Position numbers and translations under genes: made by a program
Notes under the pieces: generated by a model
The model's database searches: none
Told to the model about the DNA's origin: nothing
What the model saw: only the letters and a program-made list of their open reading frames with translations
Shown here: positions 12,271 to 25,008 of the stretch, piece by piece
Layout: each line of letters starts with the position of its first letter
Position numbering within the stretch: position 1 is the first letter of the stretch
DNA from: Octopus sinensis
Taxonomy: Eukaryota
DNA: 64,000 bases
Direction: 5' to 3'
NCBI RefSeq assembly: GCF_006345805.1
Contig: NC_043007.1
Span: forward strand, 10,230,001-10,294,000

Positions 12271-12617
12271 CGCATAAACGGACAGATGTTGTGTGTGCGT
12301 AATAGAAGACTAAGGTTTGGTTCCACGGCATCCGGTTACCATTTCCTAACCTCCGCCAGGATAGTTAAGGATAACGCAAAATTGTATTATTTTTTTCCGG
12401 TTTATCTGATGTAGTTTTGTAAATTTGACACCGTCGCTCCCTATTGGAGCAAATATTCCACTATAGATATTTTGATTTGAAGGTCACAGCATAATAGGAA
12501 GGGTCGGTCACAGCTGCTTTTATGTGAAGATGAATGAGGACAACGAATATCATTGTTCTCGCCTCTGAAGCCTTTGTGGTTCTTTGAAGTGGTTGTAGTA
12601 ATGGTACTGGTAGCTGT

Positions 12618-13224
12618 AAGGCAGCGAGCTGGCAGAGGGGTTAGCACGCCGGACGAAATGCTTAACGGTATTTCGTCTGCCGCTACGTTCTGAGTTCAAA
12701 TTCCGCCAAGGTCGACTTTGCCTTTCATCCTTTCGGGGTCGATAAATTAAGTACCAGTTAAGCACTGGGGTCGATATAATCGACTTAATACCTATGACTG
12801 TCCATGTTTGTCTCCTCTATGTTTAGCCCCTTGTGTGTAATAAAGAAATAGGTATTTCGTCTGCCGCTACGTTCTGAGTTCAAATTCCGCCGAGGTCGAC
12901 TTTGCCTTTCATCCTTTCGGGGTCGATAAATTAAGTACCAGTTACGCACTGGGGTCGATGTAATCTACTTAATCCGTTTGTCTGTCCTTGTTTGTCCTCT
13001 CTGTGTTTAACCCCTTGTGGGTAGTAAAGCAATAGAAATAAGTATTTCGTCTGCCGCTACGTTCTGAGTTCAAATTCCGCCGAGGTCGACTTTGCCTTTC
13101 ATCCTTTCGGGGTCAATTAAATAAGTACCAGTTACGCTCTGGGGTCGATGTAATCGACTTAATCCGTTTGTCTGTCAATGTTTGTCCCCTTTGTGTGTGG
13201 ACCCTTGTGGGTAATAAAGAAATA
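12618..13224 (+). mobile_element. SINE-A trimer (one head plus three body units)
   Basis: TSD GGTACTGGTAGCTGT (12603-12617) / GGTACTGGTAGTTGT (13225-13239); units start at 12667, 12851 and 13041. Confidence 0.9.
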
Positions 13225-13794
13225 GGTACTGGTAGTTGTGATGGTGGTGTCGGTGGTGGTGGTGGTGGTGATACTCATTGATAGGTAATGGGCGTTGTTT
13301 ATTGCGAAAGAATTTGATGAAATTGTTATTGTTATTCGTATTGTTGTCTATGTTGTTGTTGTTGTTGTTAAGCAACAAGATGGGTAAGGGTGATTAGGTG
13401 ATGGTCTAGGGAGACCCCAGACCTTGGAAAAAAAAAACTTTGGTCGTCTTGTCCTTGTCGAGGGATCTTCCTTGACGCCCAACACCACTTGGAGGTGGCC
13501 CTCGAAGTCGCTGGAAATGGAGATCTCCAGGTCCAAATTCTTGAACGGCTGTTGCTGTTGTTGATAGTCTTGTTATCAAGAAAACATATGATGAAAGGCA
13601 TTCAAGCCGTGACCACCACATTTATAATTTGTAGGTAAAATGTGTGTGTGTGTGTGTAAATGGATGAATGGATTATCCTTTGTTTGCATTCAATAAACAG
13701 TTACCAGGGTAGCAAAATTCACGCAAGTAACAAGGATGTAGCGACCTATTCAAAGGTAGAAACTCCGGATTAATGCGCAGTAATTTGTATAGTA

Positions 13795-14190
13795 CTAGCA
13801 GTATCGCCCGGCGTTGCTCGGATTTGTAAGGGAAATAATTATAAAGCATTTTTAGAGAGTTATAGCCGAAAAATAGCAAAAAAATGTATTAAAAATGGAA
13901 AAAAAATTATGGTAATTTTTTTTTAAAGTCGTTGACTCATCGTAGACATTTTTAGAGAGTTACTTCCCTTATATAATAGCGAAAAAATGCATTAAAATGG
14001 AAAAAAATTATGGTAAATTTTTTTTAAATCGTAGACTCATCGTAGACGCGCGCTAATACCCAGAAGGGCTCGATATGAATCACGACTATAAGATACCCTG
14101 TTTTGGTTAAACTGCACCGCAAAATGTGGGAGTAGTTAGGAATCTAAATCGTAGGAGACAGACACACAACTTCTCTTTTATATATAAAGA
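13795..14190 (-). mobile_element. Non-autonomous Helitron, family 1
   Basis: A|TCTTTATATATAAAAG 5' end; GC hairpin plus CTAG|T 3' end; no TSD. Confidence 0.9.
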
Positions 14191-14455
14191 TAAGTAAATA
14201 AATGGAATTGAAAGCAGATGTTATTCATGTTTTGAAGACATATGTTGAAAGTAAAAGAATAACACCTGCGTTCAACTCCATTTATTTACTTATATGCTAT
14301 ACAAATTACTGCACCTTAACCCCATTATATGTGTGTATGTCTGTGATTACCCCCTACCACCGCTGCGTGATCCAATATTAGGCAAAATGGTGTCTAGAAT
14401 TAAATGTAACGTCTGGAGTAACTGAACAAATGTAGATGGAGTTTAATACTCTGTC

Positions 14456-14690
14456 TTTTACTTGTTTCAGTCATTTGACTGTTGCCATGCTGGAGCACTG
14501 CCTTTTAGTCGAGCAAATCGACCCCATGACTTTTTCTTTGTAAGCCTAGTACTTATTCTATCTGTCTTTTTTGCCGAACCGTTAAGTTACGGGGACGTAA
14601 ACACAACAGCATCAGTTATCAAGCGATGTTGGGGGACAAACAGAGACACACAACATATACACACACCTATGTATACACACACACATACAC

Positions 14691-14743
<53 letters not shown>

Positions 14744-14781
14744 TATATATATACACATATATATATAACAATATATATATA

Positions 14782-14820
<39 letters not shown>

Positions 14821-14981
14821 TACATATATACGACGGGCTTCTTTTCAGTTTCCGTCTACCAAATCCATTCACAAGGCTTTGGTCGGCCCGAGGCTATAGT
14901 AGAAGACCCTTGCCCAAGGTGTCACGCAGTGAGACTGAACCCGGAACCATGTGGTTGGTAAGCAAGCTACTCACCACACAG
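14456..14981 (-). mobile_element. SINE-C (tRNA head, CORE-like domain, internal TA/TG microsatellite, second module)
   Basis: Reverse strand GTGTGGTGAGTAGCTTGCTT..GGTTCAGTC..ACCTTGGGCAAGGGTCTTC..(TA)n..CAGTCAAATGACTGAAACAAGTAAAAG. Confidence 0.85.
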
Positions 14982-15204
14982 AGGTAATATATAGATTACC
15001 TTTGGAAACGTGAGTCTTCGTAAATGCAGCCTCATTGTCTCACTTAATATGTCCAGGAGAGAAATAATTACAAATGCTCATTGTGGCATTACAGCTGTTT
15101 GCAACTGTTTAATGTTAGAAGCATGATTCCCAAGATATTCATGCAATCTTGAGGATTACATCCGGAATTGCATATACGTGGAGTCGCAGGTGTGGCTGCG
15201 TAGT

Positions 15205-15411
15205 GGCACAGGCATGGCTGTGTGGAGGCACAGGCGTTGCTGTGAGGTAAGACGTTTGCTTTCTAACCACATAGTTCCGGGTTCAGTTTCACAACGTGGC
15301 ACTTTGGACAAGTGTCTTCTACTGTAGCTTCGGGCCAACCATAGCCTTGTGAGTGGATTTAGTAAACGGAAACGGAAAGAAGCCTGTGGTGTGTGAGTGT
15401 GTGTGTGTGTG

Positions 15412-15446
<35 letters not shown>

Positions 15447-15670
15447 TGTGTTTTTGTGCCTGTGCTTATCCCCCTCCATCGCTTGACAACCGGTGCTGGT
15501 GTGTTTACGTTCCTGTAACTTAGCGGTTCGGTAAAGCAGATCGATAGAATAAGTACTATTCTAAAAAAAAGTACTGGAATCGATTCAACCAACTAAAACT
15601 TCTTCAAAGCAGTGCCCCAGCATAGCTCCACTATTATGACTGAAACGAGTAAAAGATAAAAGATAAAAGA
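15205..15670 (+). mobile_element. SINE-C copy
   Basis: Same architecture on + strand with a duplicated head start and a (GATAAAA)n tail. Confidence 0.8.
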
Positions 15671-15732
15671 CATTAATGATAATGAATTTCTGCTTATCCT
15701 AATGGATTATCTGTGAAGGTGGCCGGATGTTA

Positions 15733-16124
15733 TCTCTCAAAATATAAATCTGAAGTTTTCTGTGTATGGCAGGTTTGGCAACCTTCAACTAACACTATCT
15801 CCACCGAGACCCTGCGGCGCAAGTTGACCAAAATTGAGAGTATGATAGAAGAAGGCTTGCTCTTCCTTTCGTAGAAGAAAATATTCAAATCGGACCATGT
15901 TAACACCAAAAATTATTTACATCAAAAAGGTGCTTTTTTTCTTTGAAAATCCCTATTTTTTACGATTTTTTGACTGCTGTGTCGCCATTTTTCGGTGTAT
16001 TTCAACCAGAAAAATGTTCACTTAAAGAGAATAACAAGCTACATAATGCAAAATGTTTACTTTTCAAAAATTCCAATTCTAAAGGGTCGAAACAAACCCG
16101 AGCAACGCCGGGCGATACTGCTAA
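15733..16124 (+). mobile_element. Non-autonomous Helitron, family 2
   Basis: A|TC at 15733; CCCGAGCAACGCCGGG hairpin; CTAA|T at 16121-16125. Confidence 0.85.
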
Positions 16125-16217
16125 TAAGTAGATAAATAAATAAACTGGACATCTTGAAGCAGGAGAATGTAATGCGTATAGCAACGATCATGACAGTACC
16201 CACTTTGGTAGTAGTGT

Positions 16218-16255
<38 letters not shown>

Positions 16256-16503
16256 TGGGGGCATGCGCTGTTACAGGTAACACCTTTGCACCATCAGGAA
16301 ACGACCCGCTAACCCAAGGGTCTGTTCTGGGTAGTCATTGCTGGTGAGGGTTTTACGAAGCCGGAGTGCAAATCCTACGTCAGCCTCTTAGTACTTATTC
16401 TATCGATCTGTTTTGACGAACCGCTTAGTTACAGGAACGTAAACACACCAACACCGGTTGTCAAGCGATGAAGGGGGATAAACACAGACACAAAGACACA
16501 CAA

Positions 16504-16545
<42 letters not shown>

Positions 16546-16551
16546 AAACAC

Positions 16552-16780
16552 ACACAGAGTCACTGATCTAATAAATAGAAACGTTATTATTTCTAAATCT
16601 CTCAAAAAGAGATATTCAGTAACAGTACTTTAAAGTAAAGACTATTTGCCAACGTAATATGGCTAAGCAACAATATTATGTTGGCAAAATAGTCTTCACT
16701 TTAAAGTACTGTTACTGAATATCTCTCTTTGAGAAATTTAGAAACAATAATGCTTCTATTTATTAGACCAGTGGCTGTGT
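16552..16780. repeat. Foldback element: ~108-bp inverted arms, 12-nt loop
   Basis: 16553-16660 is the reverse complement of 16673-16779 (about 90% identity by eye); loop GGCTAAGCAACA. Confidence 0.9.
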
Positions 16781-16935
16781 ATCACTTTGAAAATTATATA
16801 TTTTCGAACGGATGTTGAGCAGCGTCGTCTAGCCGAGCAGCTGCTCTGAGTTGAGAAAGAGCATTAACCCAGAAACCGGTCCACAGATGTTGCTTTGTGC
16901 TGGATGGGGGTGGAGCTCCTTTGTTCAAAATATAA

Positions 16936-17035
16936 NNNNNNNNNNNNNNNNNNNNNNNNNNNNNNNNNNNNNNNNNNNNNNNNNNNNNNNNNNNNNNNNN
17001 NNNNNNNNNNNNNNNNNNNNNNNNNNNNNNNNNNN
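16936..17035. other. Assembly gap (100 N)
   Basis: Run of exactly 100 N; true size unknown. Confidence 0.99.
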
Positions 17036-17479
17036 CTCCTGAGCCATGTTTTGAATTAAACAGTAAAAAAGTCCAAAACAATAGTTCACAAATTTCAAAA
17101 AGAAAAGAGAGAAATCAAAAGGAAACAAAAGGGAAGAAGAGAAAAAGCAAACAGTTCAGTAAGAAAGTCACAATAGAAGAAGAAAACAGCTTTCTAGTTA
17201 TTGGTAAACGTTGTTGTAAAAGAACACACTATTCACAAACAGCCAACAACATTTGGTGACTGGATATGCCACCAGACTATACTTCTCACAATGATAAAAA
17301 AATTTTTCACTTAATGTGAACACTTGAAATACAGCTGGTTTAACTACCGACGACCCCACAGTGACTGGATTCCATGTCACCAGCACTCATGGGAAACCTC
17401 ACAAGTAATCTCGCGTACACACACAAGTACACACACACACACACATACACACAATATCATGGACTCTCCCATCGTTAGA

Positions 17480-17870
17480 TGACATGGCAGTACCCGGAGA
17501 TCACATATCACGAAAGAAAGATAAAAAGTTGATAAATATGGAGACCTGAGAAGTGAGATTGCTAAGATGTTGCAGCTACGAAAGTCGAACATAAAGGTTA
17601 TCCCTATTGTCTTCGGAGCATTGAGTTCAATACCACCCAATCTGAAAAAAAAAAAAACATATGAAAACCTACAATCTAGATGTATTGTAAATGTCGGCAT
17701 TACTTGGAACTGCACGCATATTGCTCAAAGTACTGTTCGTCTGAGGTTCTTGCTGTGACTTGACAAACTGTGCAACCGCCCCTCGGTAGACACAATATAT
17801 CTTCAATCATCAACCTCACGATATTGTATACTGTGCGACATCTATAACAACAGCAACAACAATAATAATA
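17480..17870 (+). mobile_element. R4/Dong-like LINE 3' end (family Dong-3)
   Basis: DMAVPGDH..DKKVDKYGDLRSEIAKM..KVIPIVFGALSSIP (RLE motifs); 3' UTR then (AAC)/(AAT)n. Confidence 0.8.
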
Positions 17871-17872
17871 AT

Positions 17873-18902
17873 AAATGCCCTGATGCAGTACCAGGCAGTG
17901 ATTCTCATGGCTTCTGATGTTAAGTGATTGGAAATGTTATCGTGTACATTGTTTTGTCTTGGTATAAAAGATGGGCTACAGCAAATATTCGGATCTTTTC
18001 GGTTTGAGCGGCAGTTTTTAACATAATTTCTAGGTAACTAAAAAATTTTAGACTTCGTATACTGGTAGAATGTGTTTATAAAACATCTTTTTCTCTTGAC
18101 TTTATTAAGAAAATTCTATAGTTTGTAAGATATTTGTTTTTTTTCTTCAATTTCTGCAATTTCAACTAATCAATTACGTCTATTCAGGTAAAAAGCATTC
18201 TGTGCCGTATGAATATGTCCCTCGTTTAAAAAACAGATTGGGTTTATTTACATTTGTGAAGAAAAATAGATACCCTTCCCCCCACCCCTAACCCTAACCA
18301 TAACCCTAATCCTAACTAACCCTAACTAACCCTAACCCTAACCCTAACCCTAACCCTAAAACAGATAGAAATGCAATAGATCGATACTAGGGGTCATAAT
18401 TATGGGTGACAATTTCATATGAAACCGCTAGAAAAAAACTGCCGTTCAAAACGAAAAGATCCAAATATTCTGCTCAATACCACAGATTTGCTTATCAGTT
18501 GTTTGACCGTAACCAGTTGAGCATATCCCTTAGTGGCTGACGATATGTGCATCTCTGATCACGAGCAGAAGTAGAAGTGAAGCATCATAGCCATATGTTG
18601 AGAGGAATTCTTTGGGGTTTGGATAGTTCCCCTCTGGAAACATGGGTGCTTCGTTCAATATCCTTAAACAACCTTTATTCAGGGACCTTTTGAGCGGGAT
18701 GGGTTACTCGACGAGAAGAAAATTCTAACTGGGTCCCACCTGCAAGGTCATGCGCTGTTAATATTGATATGAGATCACTATACCGCGGACATATGGTTGT
18801 GATGCATGTGCCTGGTGTACCCTTACCAGACATGTATTTATGATGGGTATACTGGGCTTCGTATATTTTACCCCAGTCTCACTTTGATGGCATGCACTGC
18901 TC
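17873..18902 (+). mobile_element. Element G (~545-bp non-coding repeat in an (AAT)n tract), interrupted by MITE-F
   Basis: Homologous end to end with 52928-53468; starts AAATGCCCTGATGC after (AAT)n. Confidence 0.8.
17991..18462 (+). mobile_element. MITE-F with expanded (CCCTAA)n
   Basis: GGATC..GATCC TIRs; perfect 8-bp TSD AAATATTC (17983-17990, 18463-18470). Confidence 0.92.
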
Positions 18903-19614
18903 CACCAGAAATTACCAAAAACATGTAATGAAAAGAAATATTACAAGTAACTGCAGAATATGTGGAGATGGACAAGAAACAATAAATCATATTATCTCTG
19001 GCTGCCCAGTCCTGGCTAAGAAGGAATATATTCACAGACATGACAGAGTTGGGACCTACATACACTGGAAGCTATGCCAACATTATGGAATAACAACAGA
19101 AAAAAGATGGTATAGGCACGCACCAGAAAAGGTCACAGAAAACGAGAAAGCAACCATACTCTGGGATATGCCGATACACACCGATAGAGAAATTAAGGCC
19201 AACAGACCAGTTATAGTTGTCAGAGATCATGAAGAAAAAAAATCCTTTCTAATTGATGTATCAATACCGGCAGATGACAACGTTCTCTAAAAGAAATGGA
19301 AAAACTTTCAAAATACAAAGACCTAGAAATAGAGGTAACCAGAATGTGGTATCTAAAAACAGAAACAATTCCTATCATAGCAGGTGCATTAGGCATGATA
19401 AAAAAATATTCAGACAAATACATAACAAAAACACCAGGACTTACAAACACATATAACATACAGAAAATTGCACTACTAGGCACTGCACACATCCTACGCA
19501 GAACACTTTCCATACAATAACCATCAGAGCATCACAACAAATCACAGCACATACCCAAGGCACACAGAGCTGCGCTCGGTAGTGAAGTGAAAGCACGCTA
19601 TAAAAATAAAACTA

Positions 19615-19617
<3 letters not shown>
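18903..19617 (+). mobile_element. 5'-truncated Dong-1 LINE
   Basis: CRICGDGQETINHIISGC zinc knuckle, RHDRV, RLE; near-identical to 50530-51240; followed by (AAT)n at 19618-19690. Confidence 0.92.
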
Positions 19618-19690
<73 letters not shown>

Positions 19691-19945
19691 TGCTAACTCA
19701 AGTGATATGTAAAATATATAGAGAAATTCGTCTAATATTTCATGCCAAGACTATTTAGGATTCTATTGACGTTTTCACAAAAAAATATGTAAAAAAATAA
19801 TAAAATAAACAAAGCATTTAGGTTTGTATGGTGCATTAATTGCTTTATCAGTAATCTATCACAATTAGGATGTTAATTATACATACATCGTATGTAAACA
19901 GTAATTATATATACAAGTTATAATTCACATACAGTGAAGATTTCA

Positions 19946-19977
<32 letters not shown>

Positions 19978-21182
19978 ATACATATCCACCCAACTGGAAA
20001 ATATCAGTTTTTTTTCATTCCACTTCGGAAAGACATAGTTTAGAAAGCAGGAGCGGATTGCTTGACGTAAATGAATTGACCAATTATATTAATACGGAAA
20101 ACGATCCTCGACTACAATAACAGCCACTTCATATCTACTGGAGACAATATAAAAGAATTTCTACACTACTTCGCATCAGAAGACTTCTGTCATTCATGAA
20201 TCGTGTTTCAAGCATTATATTCAGCTGAAGGATTTTTTTTCTTCTGTTCCGTTTGGTTACGCTCACAACTGTAATCGTAATCGTTTGTTTTGCCTTTTTT
20301 TCCTCCTGACATACATTTCAAGGACACAGCTACATACAATATATATATATATACAACAATTTTTTAAGACGCTGAAGTGAAGTTTGAAGGAGATTCGGCT
20401 GTTTGTTCTAGCTGCTCGAACGACTACGTAGAAACCCCATCATTGGCTCACACATCGTATTATAAAGGTAAGTTAGCCTTGCACTAATTTTCGCTGTGAT
20501 CGTTGTTGTTTAGCACCAGGTCAATCCTGTTTGAGCAAACATGAGCAAAGCCGTTCCAACCGTGACATCTCCCTCACTTTTTTATAGTCGCAGTACATAG
20601 AGCTGTATAATCTAATGTAGCACTTTCTTTTCACATTTTGTTCGTCTTTCGTTTCACACGTGATACGCAGAACATATTTTTTTTAGCGTCCATGCATCAT
20701 ATATAATACACACACCCAATTTTATTTCAACCACCAGAACATATCTTGAGTCTTACGGAAGGAAAAATTTACATTTATGACACAAGGGCTTACTAAAAGC
20801 CCAAAAGCAATCGTGGATATTTTGGACAAACTTATGAAAATGCTTTGAACAAGCAAAAGGTTAAAACGGTAGGGTTTCATACTAGGAAGATTTGGTAGCT
20901 TTAATTATTGTTGCAGTAACTGCTGTTGCTAAGCCTCAAGTCAGCACTATTCTAGTAGAGCTATGATCAAAAGCAATCCACTAATGACCGTTCCGTTTGT
21001 TTCCAGATGTTATCAAATACTACATAACACTATGTAGTAACAGATATAATTTTAAAGTCAGTAGGGTATAACACTGTGTAACACGATTTTTGTCCTTGGG
21101 CAGCAACTGTTATTTCCTATTTGTTTACCATTAGAAAGGACGAAAAACGGCAAATATTTCCTTCAAACTGCTTTCGCTACAT

Positions 21183-21350
21183 TTATTCAAACTCCAAAGA
21201 ATCAATCTCAACACATGGTTACGATGCTTCTCCACTATTCCTGCTCATGATCAGAGATGCACATACTGTCAGCTACTAAGGGATATGCTTAACTGGTTAA
21301 GGTTTAACAGCTAACGAACAAATCTGAGGTATTGAGCAGAATATTTGTTA
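21183..21350 (-). mobile_element. Partial element G
   Basis: Reverse complement of element G interior (CAAAGAATC..TCAACACATGG..GATCAGAGATGCACATA..GAGCAGAATATTTG). Confidence 0.7.
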
Positions 21351-21778
21351 TAACGACATTTCTGCTTCAGCAGCTCAGCACTGAATCTGTTTGAAATGTA
21401 ATGGAAAATTGGTGAATTTCAAAATATTGATGTCCAGGCCACAAAAGTAAAGTTTGAAGGAAATAAAGTTTCTAGATAGAAGCAAATATGAAATAACACT
21501 GATCAAACACAAAAAAAGTAGAAATTGTTGCACTGTAATTCAACCCTTTACATGTACAAAACATTTTACCTGTCCAAAACACTTTTATAAGTTTGTCCTA
21601 ACGTCCATGCTTGTTTTCAGACTTTTAGCGTTTGTCTCATACATTCTGAGTAAAATAGAGCTTTCCTTTCATAAGTCGCAAGTTACTCTGGAGATGAAAA
21701 ATAAAAAAAAAAAGAAAAGAAAAAGGAATCTGTATCATGGATACATGGAAGCCAGGGAATTATGCCCTGTATGTTAAA

Positions 21779-22174
21779 CTAGCAGTATCGCCCAGCGTTG
21801 CTCGGGTTTGTAAGGGAAATAACTATATAAGCATTTTTAGAGAGTTATAGCCAAAAAATAGCAAAAAAATGCATTAAAAATGGAAAAAAAATTATGGTAA
21901 ATTTTTTTTAAATCGTTGACTCATCGTTCACATTTCTAGAGAGTTACTTCCCTTATATAATAGCGAAAAAATGCATTAAAATGGAAAAAAATGATGGTAA
22001 ATTTTTTTTAAATCGTAGACTCATCGTAGACGCGCGCTAATACCCAGAAGGGCTCGATATGAATCACGACTATAAGATACCCGCTTTTGGTTAAACTGCA
22101 CCGCAAAATGTGGGAGTAGTTTGGAATCTAAATCGTTGGAGACAGACACACAACTTCTCTTTTATATATAAAGA
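21779..22174 (-). mobile_element. Non-autonomous Helitron, family 1
   Basis: Same termini as 13795-14190. Confidence 0.9.
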
Positions 22175-22925
22175 TGTGATACATAGGACAGTTAAAGTGT
22201 TAGGGAGAATTTCCCTGCATTTTCAAATAGGTCTAGCGACAACATAAAGTCTCTTTAATTCGCTACTTATTGTCACTGTTGCTTTCGTAGGAAGTGTGAA
22301 GGTTGAATAAACAGAGCGACTGACCTACTAGCAGCCTTTATTTAGTCACGTGGTTCTAAGTTCAGAGTTCGAATTCCATTGAGATAGACTTTGTTTTTCA
22401 TACATTTCGGGTTCTCGTTTACTTGCTCCAGTCATTGCACTACCACCACGTTGAGGCACCGCCTTGAAGGATTTAGCCCTGCAAGGGGGATACATCAACC
22501 CCAGTACCTATTTTAGAGTCTGGTACTTATTCTATCGGATTTTCTTTTGAGAGAAGACGCAATCAAACCAATAACGGTTGTCAAGGGATGTGTGTGTGTG
22601 TGTGTGTGTGTAAGTGAGGGAGAGACAAACAGCAAGACATACATACATACATACAAACATACATACATACATACATATATAATACATACATACATACGTA
22701 CGCACATACATACATACATACATACATACATACATACATAATACATACATACGTACGTACATACATACATATATACGTACATAGATACATACATACATAC
22801 ATACAAACAAACATACATACATACATACATACATACATACATACATACATACATACATACAACATTATCTCACCTGTCAGACGAACGGGCACCTGAAACT
22901 AAATAGTATATTACTCTACTTTTAG

Positions 22926-23275
22926 TGAAGTCGCATGGCTCAGTGGTTAGAGCGTCGGGATCACAATAATGAGGTAGTGAGTTCGATTCGCGGACCGGGC
23001 TATGCGTTGTGTTCTTGAGCAAGACATTTTATTTCATGTTGCTCCAGTCCACTCATCTGTAGAAATGAGTTACGATGTCTCAGGTGTCATGTTGTATCGA
23101 CCTTTGCCTTTTCTTTGGATAACATCTGAGGCGCAGAGAGGGGAGGCTAGTATGCATGGGCGACTGTTGGTCTTCCATAAACCACCTTGCCCAGATTTGT
23201 GCCTCGGAGGGAAACTTTTTAGGTGCAATCCCATGGTCATTCGTCTCCGAGGGGGCACTTTACTTTACCTTTGAT
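22926..23275 (+). mobile_element. SINE-B (tRNA-derived, CORE-like)
   Basis: A box TGGCTCAGTGG, B box GTTCGATTC, CORE-like GTTGTGTTCTTGAGCAAGACA..GCTCCAGTCCACTCA..AAATGAGT, tail ACTTTACTTTAC. Confidence 0.7.
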
Positions 23276-23321
23276 ATTCGAATATTATTTTTTGTACCTT
23301 GTTTTATATCAATGTGCTTAC

Positions 23322-23358
<37 letters not shown>

Positions 23359-23590
23359 ATTAGTGTGTCAGGTTTTTCTTGAACGTTACTGGTACCATAT
23401 AACCCAGTGCAACTTATAGCATGGTCAGGTCGTCAGTGATTGAGCAGCAGTCGATCCAACTAAGCCTGCCTTGGCGAGTAGGACTCTTTGTGGACAGCCT
23501 ACACAATGAAATACGAGACCCATCAAGGACGGATGAACTCAGGAGAGTCGACGGCCATCCGATTAAAACCACCGGAAGCGAGGACACCCC

Positions 23591-23633
<43 letters not shown>

Positions 23634-23744
23634 TATATATATATATGCCCACACACACATATATATGCATACATAGACACATGTATATGTGTACATAGAC
23701 ACACACATACACACACGTACAAACACACATGCACACACATTATT

Positions 23745-24000
23745 CTTTTACTAGCTTCAGTCATTTTGATTGCGGCGATGCTGGAGCACCGTCTTCTAGT
23801 CGGAGAAATCGACCCCAGAACTTTTTCTTTGTAAGCCTCGTACTTATTCTATCGGGTTCTTTTGCCGAACCGCTAAGATACGGGGATGTAAGCACATCAA
23901 CGCCGGTTGTCGAGCAATTGCGCGGTGGACACACAAACAACGACACTAAGACACACACACAAATATACGTACATATATATATATGTATGTATATTTATGT
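23745..24000 (-). mobile_element. SINE-C 3' module
   Basis: CAGTCATTTTGATTGCGGCGATGCTGGAGCACCG..GCCGAACCGCTAAG followed by microsatellite. Confidence 0.75.
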
Positions 24001-24102
24001 ATGTATATATATATATATAGTTCAGACATATACATACATACACACACACACATACATACATACACACACATACATACATACATACATACATACATACATA
24101 CA

Positions 24103-24138
<36 letters not shown>

Positions 24139-24337
24139 TATATAATTATATATATATATATATATATATAAGTATGATAGGGGTTATGGGTGTAACCCAC
24201 TATGGGATATCAATTATCCAATATACTGTTGGTAAAGTACCCACATTCTTAATACATAAATGTTTTTAATTGCAATGCAATTAATCCATTTATTGTATTA
24301 AACGGGTGAAGGTAAAGAAATATTTTTACCGTAAATT

Positions 24338-24720
24338 TATAATACAAATAAGAAAATGGAGAAACAAATTTAGTTTGTTCAACTTACGGATATTAGAATG
24401 TTAGATTATTTATTCATTTTACAAATGAGAACATCAAAAGCATACAAAATATTATATAAATCAATAGATAAGATAATAATACAAATACAGATTTTAAAAG
24501 TCATATTATGAATTATTGAAATCCATAAACTACTTCTTGGATTTCAATACTTTATAATATGACTTTTAAAATCTGTATTTGTATTATTATCTTGTCTATT
24601 GATTTATATAATATTTTGTGTTGCTTTGATGTTCTCATTTGTAAAATGAATAAATAATCTAACATTATAATATCCGTAAGTTGAACAACTAAATTTGTTT
24701 CTCCATTTTCTTATTTGTAT

Positions 24721-24724
<4 letters not shown>
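24338..24724. repeat. Long inverted repeat: ~187-bp arms, 12-nt loop
   Basis: 24338-24525 pairs with 24538-24724, e.g. AATACAAATAAGAAAATGGAG / CTCCATTTTCTTATTTGTATT. Confidence 0.93.
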
Positions 24725-24792
<68 letters not shown>

Positions 24793-24799
24793 CATACCA

Positions 24800-24993
24800 T
24801 GATAGATCATTAGCCACTACACACATTTTTCTTCTCTCATTGTTTCTCATCTTGTTTTCTGTCTCCCTTTCTGTAGAAGAGCGTAGGCTCGAAACATAAA
24901 ATACTTTTTCTATTCCTGAGCGTTATACTAATACATCTGTTTGTTTTGTACACCACCTGTCTTCGTCTTTTGTTTTTTTTCGCAAACTCTCCC
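24800..24993 (+). mobile_element. Penelope-type terminal repeat with variant hammerhead motif
   Basis: CTTT-CTGTAGA-A-GAGC-GTAG-GCTC-GAAAC at 24867-24895; homologous to 44290-44420 (-). Confidence 0.6.
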
Positions 24994-25008
24994 TATATAT
25001 ATATATTA

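Noticed and set aside
16790-17200. ORFs and continuity across the N run
   Set aside because: A 100-N placeholder gap of unknown size; features spanning it cannot be supported.
18285-18360. Chromosome end or fusion scar
   Set aside because: The CCCTAA tract lies at a fixed position inside a TSD-flanked MITE that has other copies here.
20465-20473. Perfect AAG|GTAAGT donor as the GPCR upstream exon end
   Set aside because: It appears to lie in repeat-like sequence and such matches arise by chance; no transcript evidence.
21497-21540. TAA|CACTGATCAAAC as a second Chapaev terminus
   Set aside because: No matching opposite TIR or transposase was found nearby.
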